DNA of 64,000 nt from Octopus vulgaris (lineage: Eukaryota). The notes beneath the pieces were generated by a model that was not told where the DNA came from, did no database searches, and was given only the letters and a program-made list of their open reading frames with translations. Positions 1 through 60,315 of the stretch are shown in pieces. Position 1 is the first letter of the stretch. Every line of letters begins with the position of its first letter. A program made the translations under genes and the position numbers. The stretch is taken from assembly GCA_951406725.2 (NCBI GenBank), contig OX597814.1, positions 136,958,001-137,022,000 of the forward strand. The letters run 5' to 3'.

Positions 1-507
1 TCACACTCAAATTTGAGAAACAAACACTCATAGCTTTTTCTTTTAAACCTACCATAAAATTCCTCGAATTGAGCTCTGTTATTTAAGCTTAATTAAAATA
101 TAGTTTGTTTTTAAAATAAAAAAGTTAATTATATTTAAATCCAATTTTTTGCCTTATATTTTTCTTCGTGATATTTTACCTCACAAATTTTTTGATACAA
201 ATTTTTGTCGCATGGGACAAAAACTATGAAATTCTACATGCTTTCTTCTATCACTGAAGCTATGATAAATATATTTTGCTTTTAAAATACAAAAAGTTAT
301 TTAGATCTAAACTCTACAAATTTTGATGTAAGCTTTTTTCTACTGGACCAAGTCTTAATTTTTTCATGCCAAAATATAGCTAGGGACCAGTCCTCTTTGA
401 AAATGTTACGGTTTTCAATTTGGTTAAGAACTGAATTAGCGACAAGCTCTGAAAGTTACTGCAAATTGTGGCCTTAAGAATATTACTGAACTACTACCGT
501 AGTTAAA

Positions 508-605
<98 letters not shown>

Positions 606-654
606 GGTAATGCTTCAACAAATAAAAAAGCACTCGGCCAGCTAAGAGAGTAAA

Positions 655-1482
655 GATAACCTTAAACTAAAACACCACAAATCTTGTAAATACAGCTACC
701 CAGGGTTTCCTGGTCGAAATACAAATTTAATCCGCCATTTATCAAGCTGCAAACAAGACCGTTGGTCAGTTGTCTTTTGAGCTGCTGACGCTTAGACAAG
801 AGACGCTTGCAAAAAAGAAGACAAGAAAAAACACAAGGGAAATAACCAACGTTACAATAATTCGATATCAAGCAGACGTTAACCAGATGTTAATGGTTTA
901 CTAAGTGTCCAGTGGTCAGCTTTTAAATTCCGACAATATGTATTTTTTGAAATGCAGACATATAGAAAAAATTTCGTTCCTCGAATCCATGTATTTGCTA
1001 GAGGTTCTCAAGTTTTAAGAGATACAGTTTTTTAAGCATTTTTTAGACCCGTTAATATAGAGTCTGGATTTGGAGAGAATTCTCCATTTTGTATCGAACT
1101 GATTCCTTCGCCTTTAAGTTTCCAGATTAAACACAAACTTGTTGTTGAATCTCTTTTATCACGACACCTAAAATTCGAAAGATGGTTGTTATATCTAGAT
1201 ATAAATTTTCCTTCCGCGGCTCCGATATAACGTTTGATATCTGTACGACCATAACCGCAACTTGCTGAAACGTGTACTTCATAACCAACCGAAGATAAAT
1301 AGCACTCCTGTCCCTGAGGACATTTAGATCTGTCTCTACATGTACATCTGGGGAAGACGTGAGCCGTCCGTTGCTTATTAATATAGCATTCAGTTTGATA
1401 GATGGCTGAATAAATTAGTTTTGACCAGGAAACCCTGGGTAGCTGTATTTAACATGATGTGTGGTTTTATTATTTAAAGATT
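655..1482 (-). mobile_element. Penelope-like element remnant (GIY-YIG endonuclease) between inverted repeats
   Basis: Minus-strand CTCRDRSKCP...KRYIGAAEGKFISRYNNH...IWKLK...SRNEIFSICLH; perfect 28-bp inverted repeat at 688-715 and 1423-1450. Confidence 0.8.
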
Positions 1483-1505
1483 TTAAATAGATAGATAGAT
1501 ATATT

Positions 1506-1606
<101 letters not shown>

Positions 1607-1624
1607 TCATAGACACATACACAT

Positions 1625-2110
1625 GGCAGAAAAGTTCATATGCTGATTATGAAGTGATGTTACAGCTGTGAAATCTTGCATGCATTCATTTCAACTCCTA
1701 CAAATAATTGCATTGTTTCTTTCTAGGTAAACTGATATTTGACCCTTCAAAGAAGACTTCAAAAGTAACCACTAGTGACTTCTCTTGAAAATCGACAAAA
1801 TTTGGAATTGTAGGGTTATCAAGTACCTACAGAAAAACGGTTTAGCCCCCTTGACATTCAAGCTTACATGGTTGCTACATCAAGGAATGACGCTCAAGGT
1901 TTATCAACAGCGTAAAAGTGAGCAACTGTATGTAGGAGAAGAGAGAGTCTTGTAGATGACCCAAGGTCTGGACATCATCCAACTGTGACCACCGAGAAGG
2001 TTTCTGCTCAGTGAGTGCCACGTCTTCTGACACCTGATCAAATGCACATAGGCTGATTACATCACAGAAAAACCTCACATTGTTTCATGTAGATCAAGCT
2101 GGTTCTTTGA
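1625..2110 (+). mobile_element. Degenerate mariner-like 5' fragment
   Basis: ESLVDDPRSG motif (mariner HTH linker, DDPRSGRP) near 1943-1975; otherwise decayed. Confidence 0.5.
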
Positions 2111-2446
2111 ACATTTCCTAAGCCAAATCATAACGAAAGAATTAATTAAATAAAATTCAACACTTAATATGAAATATTGAAATAAAGACAGAAATAACTT
2201 CACAAACTTTTAAATTTTTACAGACTTATTGGGAAAAATGTACAAAATAGTAAAACACGTAGAAAATAGTAAAAATACTTTGTTTCATTTCTAGGTTTTT
2301 ATGTATGCATGTATGTATGTATGTATATATGTATATAAGTATATACACATGTAAAAATTTATATGATATATATACAGCTACACACAGATACACGCACACA
2401 TACGTTCACACACATATACACACTCACCTACACACACACACACACA

Positions 2447-2516
<70 letters not shown>

Positions 2517-2734
2517 TAGTTGAATGAATTATCCTAGTATGGATAATTCGGTTAACCGATACCCGGGTAGCAAATGCACGTCAGAATTCATTTATATATG
2601 TATATATATATATTATATGTGTGTAAATATATATGTGTGCGTGTAAATAGCGTAAAGGAATAGGGATTTTGAGTTCAGGTAAGTACCTTACAAATATTCT
2701 GATGTAATATAGGCTCTGGTTAGCCACATCGAAT

Positions 2735-3270
2735 GATCTGGAAAGCGGTGTCTTTTGTCGGGGACGTAGTCACACCAACACCAGTTATCAAGCGGTGATG
2801 GGGGACAAATACAGACACAAAGACACACATACATACATACATACATACATACATACATACATACATACATACATACATGCAAACATACATACATACATAC
2901 ATACATGCAAACATACATACATACACACACACACACACATACATACATACATACATACATACATACATACATACATACATACATAAACATACATACATAC
3001 ATCCATACATACATCCATACATACATGCATACATACATGCATACATACATACATACATACATACATACATACATACATACATACATACATACATACATAC
3101 ATACATACATACATACATACATACATACATACATGTGTGTGTGTTTGTGTATACAATTGTCTTCTTTCAGTTTCCGTCTACCAAATCCATTCATAAGGCT
3201 TTGGTGGGACCCAGAGGGACAGAACCCGGAACCATATGGTTGAGAAGCAAGTTTCTTACTACAGAGTCAT
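2735..3270 (-). mobile_element. tRNA-derived SINE family A with expanded internal (TATG)n
   Basis: Contains the family segment ggatttggtagacggaaactgaaag also found at 46283-46690 and 59870-60257. Confidence 0.7.
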
Positions 3271-4612
3271 GCTTATTTCTTATCGATAGACTTTTATGTG
3301 TCCGTATATATACACATATATATAATCTCATTATTTTACCAATGTGTCATTTCTTAATATTGAGTAATAGGAAATTTTGAGGGAAATGTTTAGCAAGTAA
3401 GATGATGGCACACAGCCCTTCCTTTGAAGAAAAGCCATTCATCGATGGTCGCCATGACACACCACAGTGGTGGTAATACTGGTTTCAAATTTTGGTACAA
3501 GGTCAGAAATTTGGGGGAAGGGGCTAAGTCGATAACATCGACCCTACTGTTGTACTGGTACTTATTTTATCGACCTCGAAACGATGAAAGACAGAGTTGA
3601 CCTCGCGTGGAATTTCAACATTGCTATTAATATCGACAGCATAAGAGTCGCCGTTGTGGTTGAAATGACTCAGACTGATAGTTCTGATGACACTGCTCAG
3701 CTCAGTATCGCTTGTATTGAAACAGTTACGTTGTGGTTATAGTAATGATATAACTCAGTGTTAGTTGCAATATTGTAAAAGTATTTATCACAAAACAGCT
3801 CAGCGGTGGTTTTAATGAAACAAATTAATTTTATTTTTTTAAATGACAGATTTATATGCTGAATATTTAATTTTTATATATTATTTAGGCTTTTTTTTTT
3901 AAATTCGAAAAGGAAAATCGTTTATCAAGTCCAATTGATTAGGCAGTGCTGGATGTAAAGCGAAGTCACTTTTCTTTTTCTTTAATTGTATGGGTATGAG
4001 AAGGAAACTAGTTTTCAGAAACTCCAGATACGGAAATGTGGTCAACAGAATGAACAGATGAGTTGACATGTTGGGCTATGGGTATACGTTAAGTGCGGTG
4101 GGAAATTCTATGAAGCGGTCGCTGAAAACATTTACCTAAACTGCATCCCGTTTTATTTACGCAGAATTCATTGCAAACGTTGGTTATGATGAATGCAGTG
4201 GCTGCAGTTGATACGGTAAATGGGAAGATAGCTCAACGCTTGATTAACTTACTACAGAAGTTGTGGTTGTGTTTGTTTAAGGAAAGAAGATAAATGTGAC
4301 ATTTGGAATGGGAAACCTTGCAGGCATCAGGCAGTGTATGGTTGAGAGCAGTGAACTTCGAATATGAATGTCGCATGGATTTCTACGCTTTTTTGAAGAA
4401 GGGAAGAAATGATATGAGAAAATTGAGGCGGTTAGGGACTCAGAGAGAAGAAATCGAAGGTTATGCTGAAAGAGCTTTAATGAAAGGGTTGAGTTTAAAA
4501 AGGTTTTAAAAAAGTTGAATTATTCGAGTATAATTATGTGAATGTATGCATACGTATGTATACATGTGTATACATATGTGTGTGTAGATATAGATAGACA
4601 GATATACACATG

Positions 4613-4687
<75 letters not shown>

Positions 4688-5402
4688 GTACATATATATA
4701 TATATGGATACACACACACACACATATATATATATAAGTATATATATATATATATAAAAACATATATATATGTGAGGAGACTTGTCTATGTCTGTGTGTG
4801 TCTGTCTGTGCCTGTGTCTCTGCTCTGTCTGTGTCTACGTGTGTGTGTATGTGTGTGTATACGCGCGAGCGCGTGAGAGAGAGAGAGGCATAGAGTGTGG
4901 AGATACGGGAAGGGGGAGAGGGAGAGGGAGAGTTTAAAGGGATATATTATCCGGGCGGATACTGTGGTAGCTCTCGGTTAAGTTCCAGGTTATGGCTAAC
5001 CGCATCGATTAGTATTTAACGTCTACGACTACTAGGAGTTGTCACTCACTCTGAGAATTCCTCCGATGGGTAAGTCCGTGTTCGCTTCACGAGATGGTAA
5101 TATTACTTGGAGTGAATATTAGCAATAATTATAACGATAGAGAATATGCTTGCTCGAAGCGAACCAAGCTGGATGGATGACCCTGAACGAAGCTGATCAG
5201 AAAATGATGCTCGGTTACATAAACAACTGCTCATACTCTGTGCAATGGAAACACGTGCAGGTCGTCGTAACCATAAAAATATGATGTATGACATTATAAA
5301 ATAAAAGGAAATAAAATTTGAGCATGTAACAGTTTCCATATACTATATCGCTATATTATTGCTAATATATAGATAGATATGTATGAAGTATGCATGTATA
5401 TG

Positions 5403-5458
<56 letters not shown>

Positions 5459-5848
5459 CACAAATTTTGATTGTATGTGCTACAGGCACATATATTGTTA
5501 AAAATAGGATTTAAAACATTTATAGCTGCGTCATAGCAATGGAGGCAGACTTGACAATCCCATTAGGGTGAAACTATGCAGTCTAGTGTTCTAGCTTTGC
5601 TTCGCTCGTGAGGCAGTTACCTACCCTGTCAGTATATATAAATGTGCTTTTACGCAGCTATTAGTGGTTTAACTCTTATTTCTAGCAATATATGTGCATC
5701 TAGCACATACAGTCACAATTAATGACGGCTAAATTTTGCCTATACGGTTTATATTGCGCCCATCTACTCACATTAATTTTATATATTTTATATATATATA
5801 TATATATGCATACATATGCGTATTTACAAAAATATATATAGATATATA

Positions 5849-5891
<43 letters not shown>

Positions 5892-5896
5892 GTGGC

Positions 5897-6002
<106 letters not shown>

Positions 6003-6003
6003 C

Positions 6004-6052
<49 letters not shown>

Positions 6053-6338
6053 TTGGTGGGAGGGAGTGGAATAGTGGATTTTGAAGCACACATAAATATA
6101 TAGGTATCAGCGTGTGAATATTGGGTTGGAATAACCTGTTTGACAGTAAAAGTCGGAAATGTGGGATCATCTCCCACAGGAACTTTCGACTTTTTCTCTC
6201 CAAAAGGGATTTTCAAACCAATATTTACATGCTATTATTTATAGTTTCATGCGGGATTATAGATCCACTATTCACACGCACACATACACACGCACGCGTA
6301 TGTATGTATGTATGTATGTATGTATGTATGTATGTATG

Positions 6339-6369
<31 letters not shown>

Positions 6370-6501
6370 TGTATGTATGTATGTATGTATGTATGTATAT
6401 TCGTATCTGCTTCCGAATGTATTAATGGTTGACAGGATATTATCAAGGCATAACTTTAGTTGAAGAAGCGCTTGAAACGCTGACGTTGACGTAGCTAACA
6501 T

Positions 6502-51040
<44,539 letters not shown>

Positions 51041-53518
51041 CTTGAATGTCACATCAAGTTATCTATTGCCATTTGCCTGAAAATATTAAATAACTTATCA
51101 ATTCCTCATTAAAACAGAAATGTTCAATGAATATATTTCTATATATGAAAAGTAAAAATTGATATTTGATTAATAGGAAACATACAGGCAGAAGCAAAAA
51201 AAAATCTTATGCCAAATGGAACAAACATACGTCAGATTTTGTTTTTGCTTTCTTTTTTACTTCCTTTGCATGTTTTAAGTGACCAAAGTTCACATTTACA
51301 TTCAATGTATATAGTACTGCATAAAATTATTCATTTCTATAAAAAAACATCATTGTCATTGATGTAGGTAAATCCGTTTTAAAATGATAAGAACAATGAA
51401 ATATATAAAAATACGCATACACATGTACACACACACACACTACTAAATACAGCCACGCACACACACACTGATAAATACAAGCACACACATACATACTCAC
51501 GTACTACTAAATACAGGAAATTGAAATAAAATACACGTCATGTGAAAGAAAATGCCAGAGAATTAGGCAAGTTGTGAATAAAATATGGAGTACAACAGAT
51601 AGAAATTACTCGAGGAAATTCTGAGGCAGCTTATGAACAAAAAAGAACGCATTTGTGTAATAAACTCTTCTGAGACAGATAAAGTAAGTACCAGTAAGTT
51701 AATGAGAACGCTCATTATGCACAAAAGCATAATCGTTCTTGTCATCGTCATCAATACCGCCATTACTACATTTCGTCTGTTTTTACGCTCTGAGTTCTAA
51801 TTCCGCCTTTCATCCTTTCGGGGTCGATAAGATAAGTACCAGCCGAGTACTTGGGTCGGTATAATAGACTATCCCCCTCCACAAAATTTTAGGTCTTGTG
51901 CCTATAGTAGAAAGGATTGTTATTATTATGTTTTTCTTTGAAAAGCGGTGCCTGACAAAATGCCGAGGTCGAGTTTGTCTTTCCTACTTTCAGGGTTGAT
52001 AAAATAAGTACCAGTCAAGTACTGGAGTCGATGTGTTCCACTTGCCTCCCAACCACAAAAAGTGCTGGGCCTGAGTCAAGATTCGTATCCATTTACACAA
52101 GCTGCATCCAAATCTCAACCAGAGACGTCAAAGTGCAACAGGTTTCCGCACTTGTCCCATTTGTATGCACCTAAATATCAAAACAGGTGTGTGCCATACA
52201 TCTGAAAAAAACTGGTGTCTATCTTATATATCAAAAAAATCTCATTGTAAAATGTATAAGATTGTATATACATGCAGAGGAATTTTATTATACTTATTGA
52301 GTGAGAGAGCAGTGCATGTCATCTGAAACTGGGGTACAAATATACGAAGCCCAGTATACCCATCATGACTACCCGTCTGATAAGGGTACAACAGTACATG
52401 CATCCAACGATATGTGTGCGGCATGGTAACCTTGTATCAAGATAAACAGCGCACGACCTTGCGGGTGAGGCCCAGTTAGGATTTTCTTCAAGTTAAGTAG
52501 CTCAAACGGTCCCTGAATAAGAGTCATTTAAGAATAATGAACGAAAGACCCATATTTTCAGTGGTGAATTATTCAAATTCCAAAGAATTCCTCTCAGCAC
52601 ACGGCTATCATGCTCCCCCACTATTCATCATCATCATCATCATCATTATCATCATTAAGGCGGCGAGCTGGTAGAATCGTTAACACGGCAGATAAAATGC
52701 TTATCTTTACGCTTTGAGATAAAGTTGATCTCGGAAGACTTCTTCGGAGATCAACTTTATGATTCATCCTTTCGGGATCGATTAAATAAATACCAGTTGC
52801 TTAGGCGCAGACACAGCTGTGTGATAAGAACTTTGCTTCTCAACCACATGGTTCCGGGTTCAGTTTTACTGCATGGCACCTTGGGCAACTTTCCTTCTAC
52901 TATAACCTCCCGCACCACCACTTAACCGGAATTATGCAATTTATGTAAAAAAAATTCAAAGTTCAATCACTACTCGTCTTGACTAGAATTGAGTCAATTA
53001 ATCTAAATAAGATTTCCCTACGGTTCGAACCCTTCTCAACACCAACTTGGTAAGATTATCTCTTTGACGACATGTTGACACAGACAAAATTAATTCCTAA
53101 GGCAGTTAAGATAAGGACAATGACAAATTAAAAAAAGATAAGGACAATGACAAATTAAAAAAGATAAGAGCAATGACAAAAAATAAATAATGTGGTACAC
53201 TACGGCCAACAGTCTTGTGGGGGAGAAGAGGCACATGGCCTAGTGTTCAGGGTGTTGCACTCACGATCGCGAGATTGTGGTTTCAAATCCCGGACTGGTG
53301 GGACATTGTGTTTTTGAGCAAAATGGTTCATCTCATGTTGCTCGGCGATCACTTCGACACAGCACGTGTGGTATACCGTGCACTTTTTCAGGCCACTTCG
53401 ATTTGGTGAGAATGTGCTAATGTACTGCAGATACGTTTGGTCATTATTAACAAGTCATTTGTACAGGTCGTTCAGCAAAAGTGAACACTCATACGTTGTT
53501 TCGAGGTGAGATTCCATC

Positions 53519-53551
<33 letters not shown>

Positions 53552-53629
53552 TGTGTCTGCGTGTGCATTTGTGTGTGTATGAACATACACGTAGATACAT
53601 TGACATACATACATACATACATACATACA

Positions 53630-53662
<33 letters not shown>

Positions 53663-53672
53663 TGTGTGTATA

Positions 53673-54045
53673 GAGGCACAATGGTCCAGTGGTTAGGGCA
53701 GCGGACTTGCAAACGTAGGATCGCGGTTTCGATTCCAAGACCGGGCATTGTGAGTGTTTAATGAGCGCGAATATCTAAAGCTCCACGTGGCTCCGGCAGA
53801 GGCTGCTGGCGAACCCTGCTGTACTCTTTCGCCACAACTTTCATTCTTTCTTCCTGTTTCTGTTGTACCTGTATTTCAAAGGGCCAACCTTGTCACACTT
53901 TGTGTCACGCTGAATCTCCCCGAGAACTACATTAAGGTTACACGTGTTTGTGGGGTGTTCAGCCACTTGCACGTTAATATCACGAGCAGGCTGTTCCGTT
54001 GATTGGATCAACTGGAACCCTCGTCGTCGTAACCGACGGAATGCC
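53673..54045 (+). mobile_element. tRNA-derived SINE family C
   Basis: Head TGGTCCAGTGGTTAGGGCAGCGGAC...GGTTTCGATTCC; related diverged copy at ~53228-53510. Confidence 0.7.
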
Positions 54046-54579
54046 ACGATATATATATGGGCTCAACTCTCCTCCCCTCTTCATCTAACCTCCTCCCCAT
54101 CGCACCCCGTCGCGCCCAACCCCATCCTTTACACCCACTCCCACATACCCCACCCTACCTCCACCTTCCGCCTACCCACATACCACACCTCTACCCCCAC
54201 CCTCAGCCTTACCCCATCCTTGTTTTCCCCACTCTCGCCTCCCTACCATCACACCACCCACACACCACTACATTACACCACACATCACATCACAACACAC
54301 CACCACGCACACATCAGCACTGAACACTACTTCCCAGACCCACATTTTTACACCTACACATACACACACGCACACGTCAAGATCACCAGCCCTCTTCCAC
54401 ACGCACATACAAACTCTCTTATACACACGCACGCGCACCTTCGTTTTGGGATCACCACTACTTTATTATCTCCTCTTCTCCCTAGCTCTCTTGTGTGAAC
54501 CTTCTGTCTGGCATTCGCCATGATAGATCGCTAGCCACTACACATTCTTCATTTTCTCTCCTTGTTTCTTTCTGTGTTC

Positions 54580-54615
54580 CTTTCTGAGGAAGGGCGTATG
54601 CTCGAAACGTTGAAG
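54580..54615 (+). ncRNA. Minimal hammerhead motif, repeat family H2
   Basis: cttt-CTGAGGA-a-GGGC-gtat-GCTC-GAAACGTT-gaag; related minus-strand copy at 60633-60668. Confidence 0.62.
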
Positions 54616-54714
54616 ACTTTTCACTTCCCGAGCGTTATACTAATACATCTGTTTGCTGTCTACGCCACCTGTCTTCGTCTTTTGTTTCTTGCTTTTTTTG
54701 TGAATTCTCCCTAT

Positions 54715-54746
<32 letters not shown>

Positions 54747-55779
54747 GGACATGAATACATGAACACACACACACATATATATATACATATACACTATGTA
54801 TTTAATGTGGAATATGTGGTGTTCGTTCACCGAAACATACGTAACATTGGTTTCACTTTTCTTTTCCGCAATTTGCGATTGTTATAATCTCTGAAGATTA
54901 TAACATGCCCTTATAATATACTGCCTTGGAATTGACTGATTGTTTCATTAATAATTGATCAAAGTATAACTAATCATTCATCAGATAATCAAAAATAATG
55001 TTTTCGCTTCCACGAGGGTAAGTTCCTAGCTTTGGGTAAGAGAAAATACAAGAGGATCAGTTAATTATGATTTTATTCAACATATTCCCCTCTCAGATTC
55101 ACACACTTATTTCAGCGGTCCTTCAGTTTTTCTAAGCCTTGTAAAAAGCTCGGAAGATGGCGCCTTCAACCAGGCCTTTCGCGATGCCTATAAAGCCAGG
55201 AACTTTTCAGCACCACCTCGTATCTATCTATCTATCTATATGTCTGTCTGAACAAATCGACCACTGTACTTATTTTATAAAGCCTGGCACCTATTTCTTT
55301 TGCCTAACTGCTGAATTACAGAAGCACGAACAAACCAGTATTTGGTTATAAAGTGAGCTTCATAACCATACAGCCATGCCTGCACCTTTTATAAAAAAAA
55401 CACGTTCCCGCCCAGTGTAATATTGGGAAAGAATGTAGGGTAAGAATAACAAACAATTAAGTATACAAAAAGACCTACACACACTGATGCATATGTCACA
55501 CTTTTGTATATCTTTATAAATACACATGTATTCGTGCCTCTTACAACACACAGTGGCAAATATACAATCATAAACGCATTTATACTTAAACACATACACA
55601 CAATAAATCTCACAATAATTGGTACATACACACACACACTAGGTTTTCACTTCCTATAGAAAAAATTATAATAACAATGTTATTGATCAATATATCACAC
55701 ATCGTTGACTACGTAGCTTAAAACCCAAAACAACCGTCTCAACACTTGATATACAGCTTCGCCTACACACACAGACACG

Positions 55780-55859
<80 letters not shown>

Positions 55860-55880
55860 CGGACAGACAGACAGACAGAT

Positions 55881-55911
<31 letters not shown>

Positions 55912-56046
55912 TTATAATAATGTCATAAAAAATACATAGACGTAGATAAATATTTCCCAGTTATACAGAATAAATATTTTGAACTAAACGATTTAACAAC
56001 AGGGCTCAATAACAGTGAAAAAGAGAGAAATTTAGGGCGATAATTA

Positions 56047-56885
56047 CAGGGTGTTCGGCCTTAACTTGGCGATTCTTTTATATCTTTCTTCGGGAACAGC
56101 TTAGTATTGGTGAACAATGGACAGTGTTGGAGAGCATAAAGATTAAAGTTGTAGTTTAGGATAAGTTAGCTGGCATGGAGGACTGGAAGTTACCTGAATA
56201 TTGGAAAATATTTCCCTGTTCTATGATAATTCGCTCCAGGTATCGAAATACCGACATCATGACTGATGTTTCACGTTCTGTGAACACAGTAAACGCTTTA
56301 AGGCATGATACATACAGCTTCAACGGACTGTGTGATGTCATGGCCGCAGGAAGAGACACAGCAGACCATCCGCCTGTGTCCGCACGCCTGAATTCATCAC
56401 TGCATCTTTGAACAGTACTTTAAGCTCAATTCTGAAGGCTATATGAAGCTGTGGAGCCTGTGAGGAGAGTATTGTTACTCGAAGGCCATACGTGTAACAG
56501 TAGGATTCGGCTCTTTGCCATGCCTCCTGAAAAAGTCAGAAGTGGTTGTCGGAGAATTTCTATGACTTCATCAGCCCCAATTTCTGGCCTCCGAATTCCC
56601 CTGAGTATAATTTCATGGATCATTGTGTGAGGGCACGATTGAGAAAGACACAAACCGCTCTGCTTGCAGCACCAAGACTGAGTTGGTGGCCTAGATAAAG
56701 GTGTTTGAAGGAATGCATACGCCAGATTCCGGAGCCGTCTTGAGGATGTGGTGGAAATTGAGGTGGATCTTTGAGCAAACTGTTATCTCCAGCTATAATT
56801 TAGTTGATATTTTTTGACTTTATAAAAGTACTTTTATTTTTAGATGGGGTATTGCGGTTCCTTTTCCTTCTAATAACCCGAACTT
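56047..56885 (+). mobile_element. Tc1/mariner-superfamily (maT-like) remnant
   Basis: TA-cagggtg start; QDSALCHAS...WLSENF...FWPPNSPEYNFMD...RFRSRLEDVVEIEGG, with stops. Confidence 0.72.
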
Positions 56886-59687
56886 TCTGGAGAGGGCGCG
56901 ATGCGTAAATACAGCTGATGCGGTGAGATGCTTGAAAATAAAATCAAGCCACAAAATTAAAATATGTTCACAATATAATCTATCTTCGAACACAATTTGT
57001 GTTCCTTAAACACAGGGACACACAGATACATATGACTAAGTGACATCTTCGTCAACAAAACTACAAAGAGATATGTAAATGTATTATTTTCCTTTTTTCA
57101 TATACATTGCATTTCAGAAGACGCGAATAGATTCAATTGAATTGAAAATCTTCTAAGTGAGATTGCCCAAATTTCAAACACATCAGAGAGTTTTTGCATT
57201 CTACTTACAAGGACAATCTCCATAAATCGAGGGCTTTCAGTCTACTACATTATATATGTGAGACTCTACTTTGTGCATGCATACATACATACATGCATGC
57301 ATACATACATACATACGTACGTGCGTATGTGCGTATGTATGCACGTATGTATGTATCTATATGTGTGTGCGCACGCGTGTGAGTGTGTGTGTGTGTACGT
57401 ATGCATGTACTTATGTAAATGCGTGCGTCTTCGTCCCCAAACCCGCTTAACAAACAACCGTTGTTGGTTTGTTCACGCCCCCGTAATCTAGGGGTTCGGC
57501 AAAAAGAAACCGATAGCATAAATATCTGGAAGGCGGCGTGTGTAGCCCCTTGTGGACAGTAAAGAAATAAGGACAAATATCAGATTTAAAATGTGGTCCT
57601 ACAGTTTGGCTGCAGTTCAGCTACCGAAATAAGTGGAAAATAATCAAAGAATAACAGTTAAACTAGAAGATATTCACATTTTTAATGATACGAACGCACA
57701 GACAAACACAAATATATCGCTTATTTTTCACTTGTTTTAGTCTTTGGACTGCGACTGTGCTTGGATACCACCTTCAAAGGGTCGAACACATCAGCAATAG
57801 TATGTATTTTTAAGCCTGATATTTATTCTATCGGTTCCTTTTCACCGAACCCCTAACTTACACAAAGAACACCGAACCCCTAACGTAAACAAAGCAACAC
57901 CGATTATGAAACGGTGGTTGTAGGACAAGCACCGACACAAAAACACGCGCACATACACACAGACATGCACACAACACACACATATATGCGACGGGCTTCC
58001 GAACAGTTTCCGTCTGCCAAATTCACTGAAATGGTACTAGTCGGTCCGACGCTATAGTAGAAGATACTTCCCCGACACGAGGTGGGACTGAACCCGAAAC
58101 TACGTGATAGTAAAGCAAACTTCTCGACCACACGGCCAATTGCTTAAATAATTCAGTTGTACATATTAAATGTAAACATAAATTTGCACGTAGACGTCAA
58201 GAAATATAGATAGCAACAAACAAAGCGCATGGAATGACGAGAAATCATATAACCTGTTTTTTTAAAACTTATTCACTTGTGGATTTCAACAAATGTGACA
58301 CTCCTGAAATGTGAGATCATTGTGACATATGTGAATCTTTTGATTGATTTTATGCGTTATATGAAACCTCACGCAATTCAACTTTTTATACCATTTAGGT
58401 CAAACTTTCAAATTTATATATATTTTATCAGTCAACAGAAACCTACCTATGAATTTTATAGAATGTAGCTTGTACATTCTAAATCCTGTACGATTTATGT
58501 TTCGATAGCAAAGAGTTTTGACTACTTTCAGTTTGCTATGGCAATGCTTCACTTTCTAATTTTATCTCCCTATACCACTGATCACAGACTGAAAGTGTAT
58601 TGTTAAAAATACTTGGTTGTTTCAGTGTGGTCTTCAAGATTTCGCTCTGAATAGTAAGGTAGAAGTATCACAGATATGTAGACAACCAGCTTGAAGAGGA
58701 ATCTTCTTTCCAGCAGCAGAGAAACATTCATCCGTTGGCGAAATTTACCACTAGCAGTGCATATCAAATATCCACACTTAATATAAAATATGTTTGGAGT
58801 TATAAAAATTAGAAAATAAATAAATGGATCTGACAAGCAGAGTATCGGAATCTCGATAAATTTGATACTTATTCGATGCAGTCAGAGTCGTTTCTTTTTC
58901 TTAGTCGAACTGTTAATGCATTAGTTGATATTCCAAATAATTTATTCGGTGGCATAAATTTAGTTTTAAGTGTCTGAGGATAATTATATAAGAAATTTCA
59001 TAGAATATATATTTATTTCAGGAATGTACTTTCTGGCAAGTGATTTGATCACTGGTAGTGTGTTGAAGCAAAAGCGTGGAATGCACGTATTAGCAGTTCG
59101 AGAAACACAAATGCTGTTGGCTTTACTTTATTGTTTGGTGTCAAAATTTTCATCGCTTCAATTGCGGCTTGGTCATTGTCAAGGTGCCTCTGCAGCGATT
59201 TAACTTAAATCTAAAGAGGGGGGGATCATACCATCCATGCATGATAACCGAAAGACCGCGATTTCGATCATGCTGGGTTCCATTCGGTAGCAGTACAGTA
59301 GGAACCAGCAAGATCAAAATTGCGATCAATCAATTAAAAAAAAACATTCTGTCAGAGATTATAATTTCGAAAATATTCTATAACATGCTTACATGGCAAT
59401 ATTATTTTGTTCACATTGTTTACCCAGTGAGTCAATATGAGTTTAATTCGTTATAATCATCAATCTACAACATATCCATGAATGAGCAATGGGGAAAGTT
59501 TAAATGATATTTCCTTTAGTTTGACAAATATATTTGATTCTACTTACAGAAATTAAACATTCAGAAAAAAATGGCGATCACCAATTTACTGTTTACCAAT
59601 GAATGTTATTTTAAGGATCATAAATCGGCAGTCCTTTGCCGTTTGTCTCATTTCTAGGAGTTGAAAGACAGAACTACTTCATATCAG

Positions 59688-59742
<55 letters not shown>

Positions 59743-59869
59743 CGATGGGCTTCTTTCAGTTTCCGTATTCTACTAGAGCCTCGAACCGATCAAAACCTTG
59801 TGAGTGGATTTGGTAGACGGAAACTGAAAGAACCCTGTCCTGTATATATGTATATATATACTCTTCTAC

Positions 59870-60257
59870 TCTTTTACTTGTTTCAGTCATTTGACTGCGG
59901 CCATGCTGGAGCACCACCTTTAGTCGAGCAAATCGATCCCGGGTCTTATTCTTTGTAAGCCCAGTACTTATTCTATCGCTCTCTTTTGCCGAACCGCTAA
60001 GTGACGGGGACGTAAACACACAAGCAATGCTAGGGAGACAAACACAGACACACAAACACACACACACATACACATATATATATATACATATATACGACAG
60101 GCTTCTTTCAGTTTCCGTCTACCAAATCCACTCACAAGGCATTGGTCGGCCCGGGGCTATAGCAGAAGACACTTGCCCAAGATGCCACGCAGTGGGACTG
60201 AACCCGGAACCATGTGGTTGGTTAGCAAGCTACTTACCACACAGCCACTCCTGCGCC
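59870..60257 (-). mobile_element. tRNA-derived SINE family A
   Basis: Near-identical reverse complement of 46283-46680, flanked by further family-A pieces. Confidence 0.8.
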
Positions 60258-60258
60258 T

Positions 60259-60315
<57 letters not shown>

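Noticed and set aside
3684-3730. CTGATGA...GAAAC hammerhead-like spacing (also ~34635 and ~40335)
   Set aside because: Stems I-III do not form convincingly.
5103-5339. 78-aa ORF with hydrophobic end as an alternative last exon
   Set aside because: No convincing in-phase acceptor, and it lies within a small inverted-repeat element (~5116-5147 / 5337-5367); exon 6601-6502 fits much better.
53673-53750. Functional tRNA gene (also 26986-27050)
   Set aside because: A/B boxes are present, but no complete cloverleaf or poly-T terminator; continues into repeat body.
59541-59690. Candidate 5' UTR exon with T|GTAAGT donor at 59547 (- strand)
   Set aside because: Plausible, but a lone donor motif cannot be distinguished from chance without transcript data.
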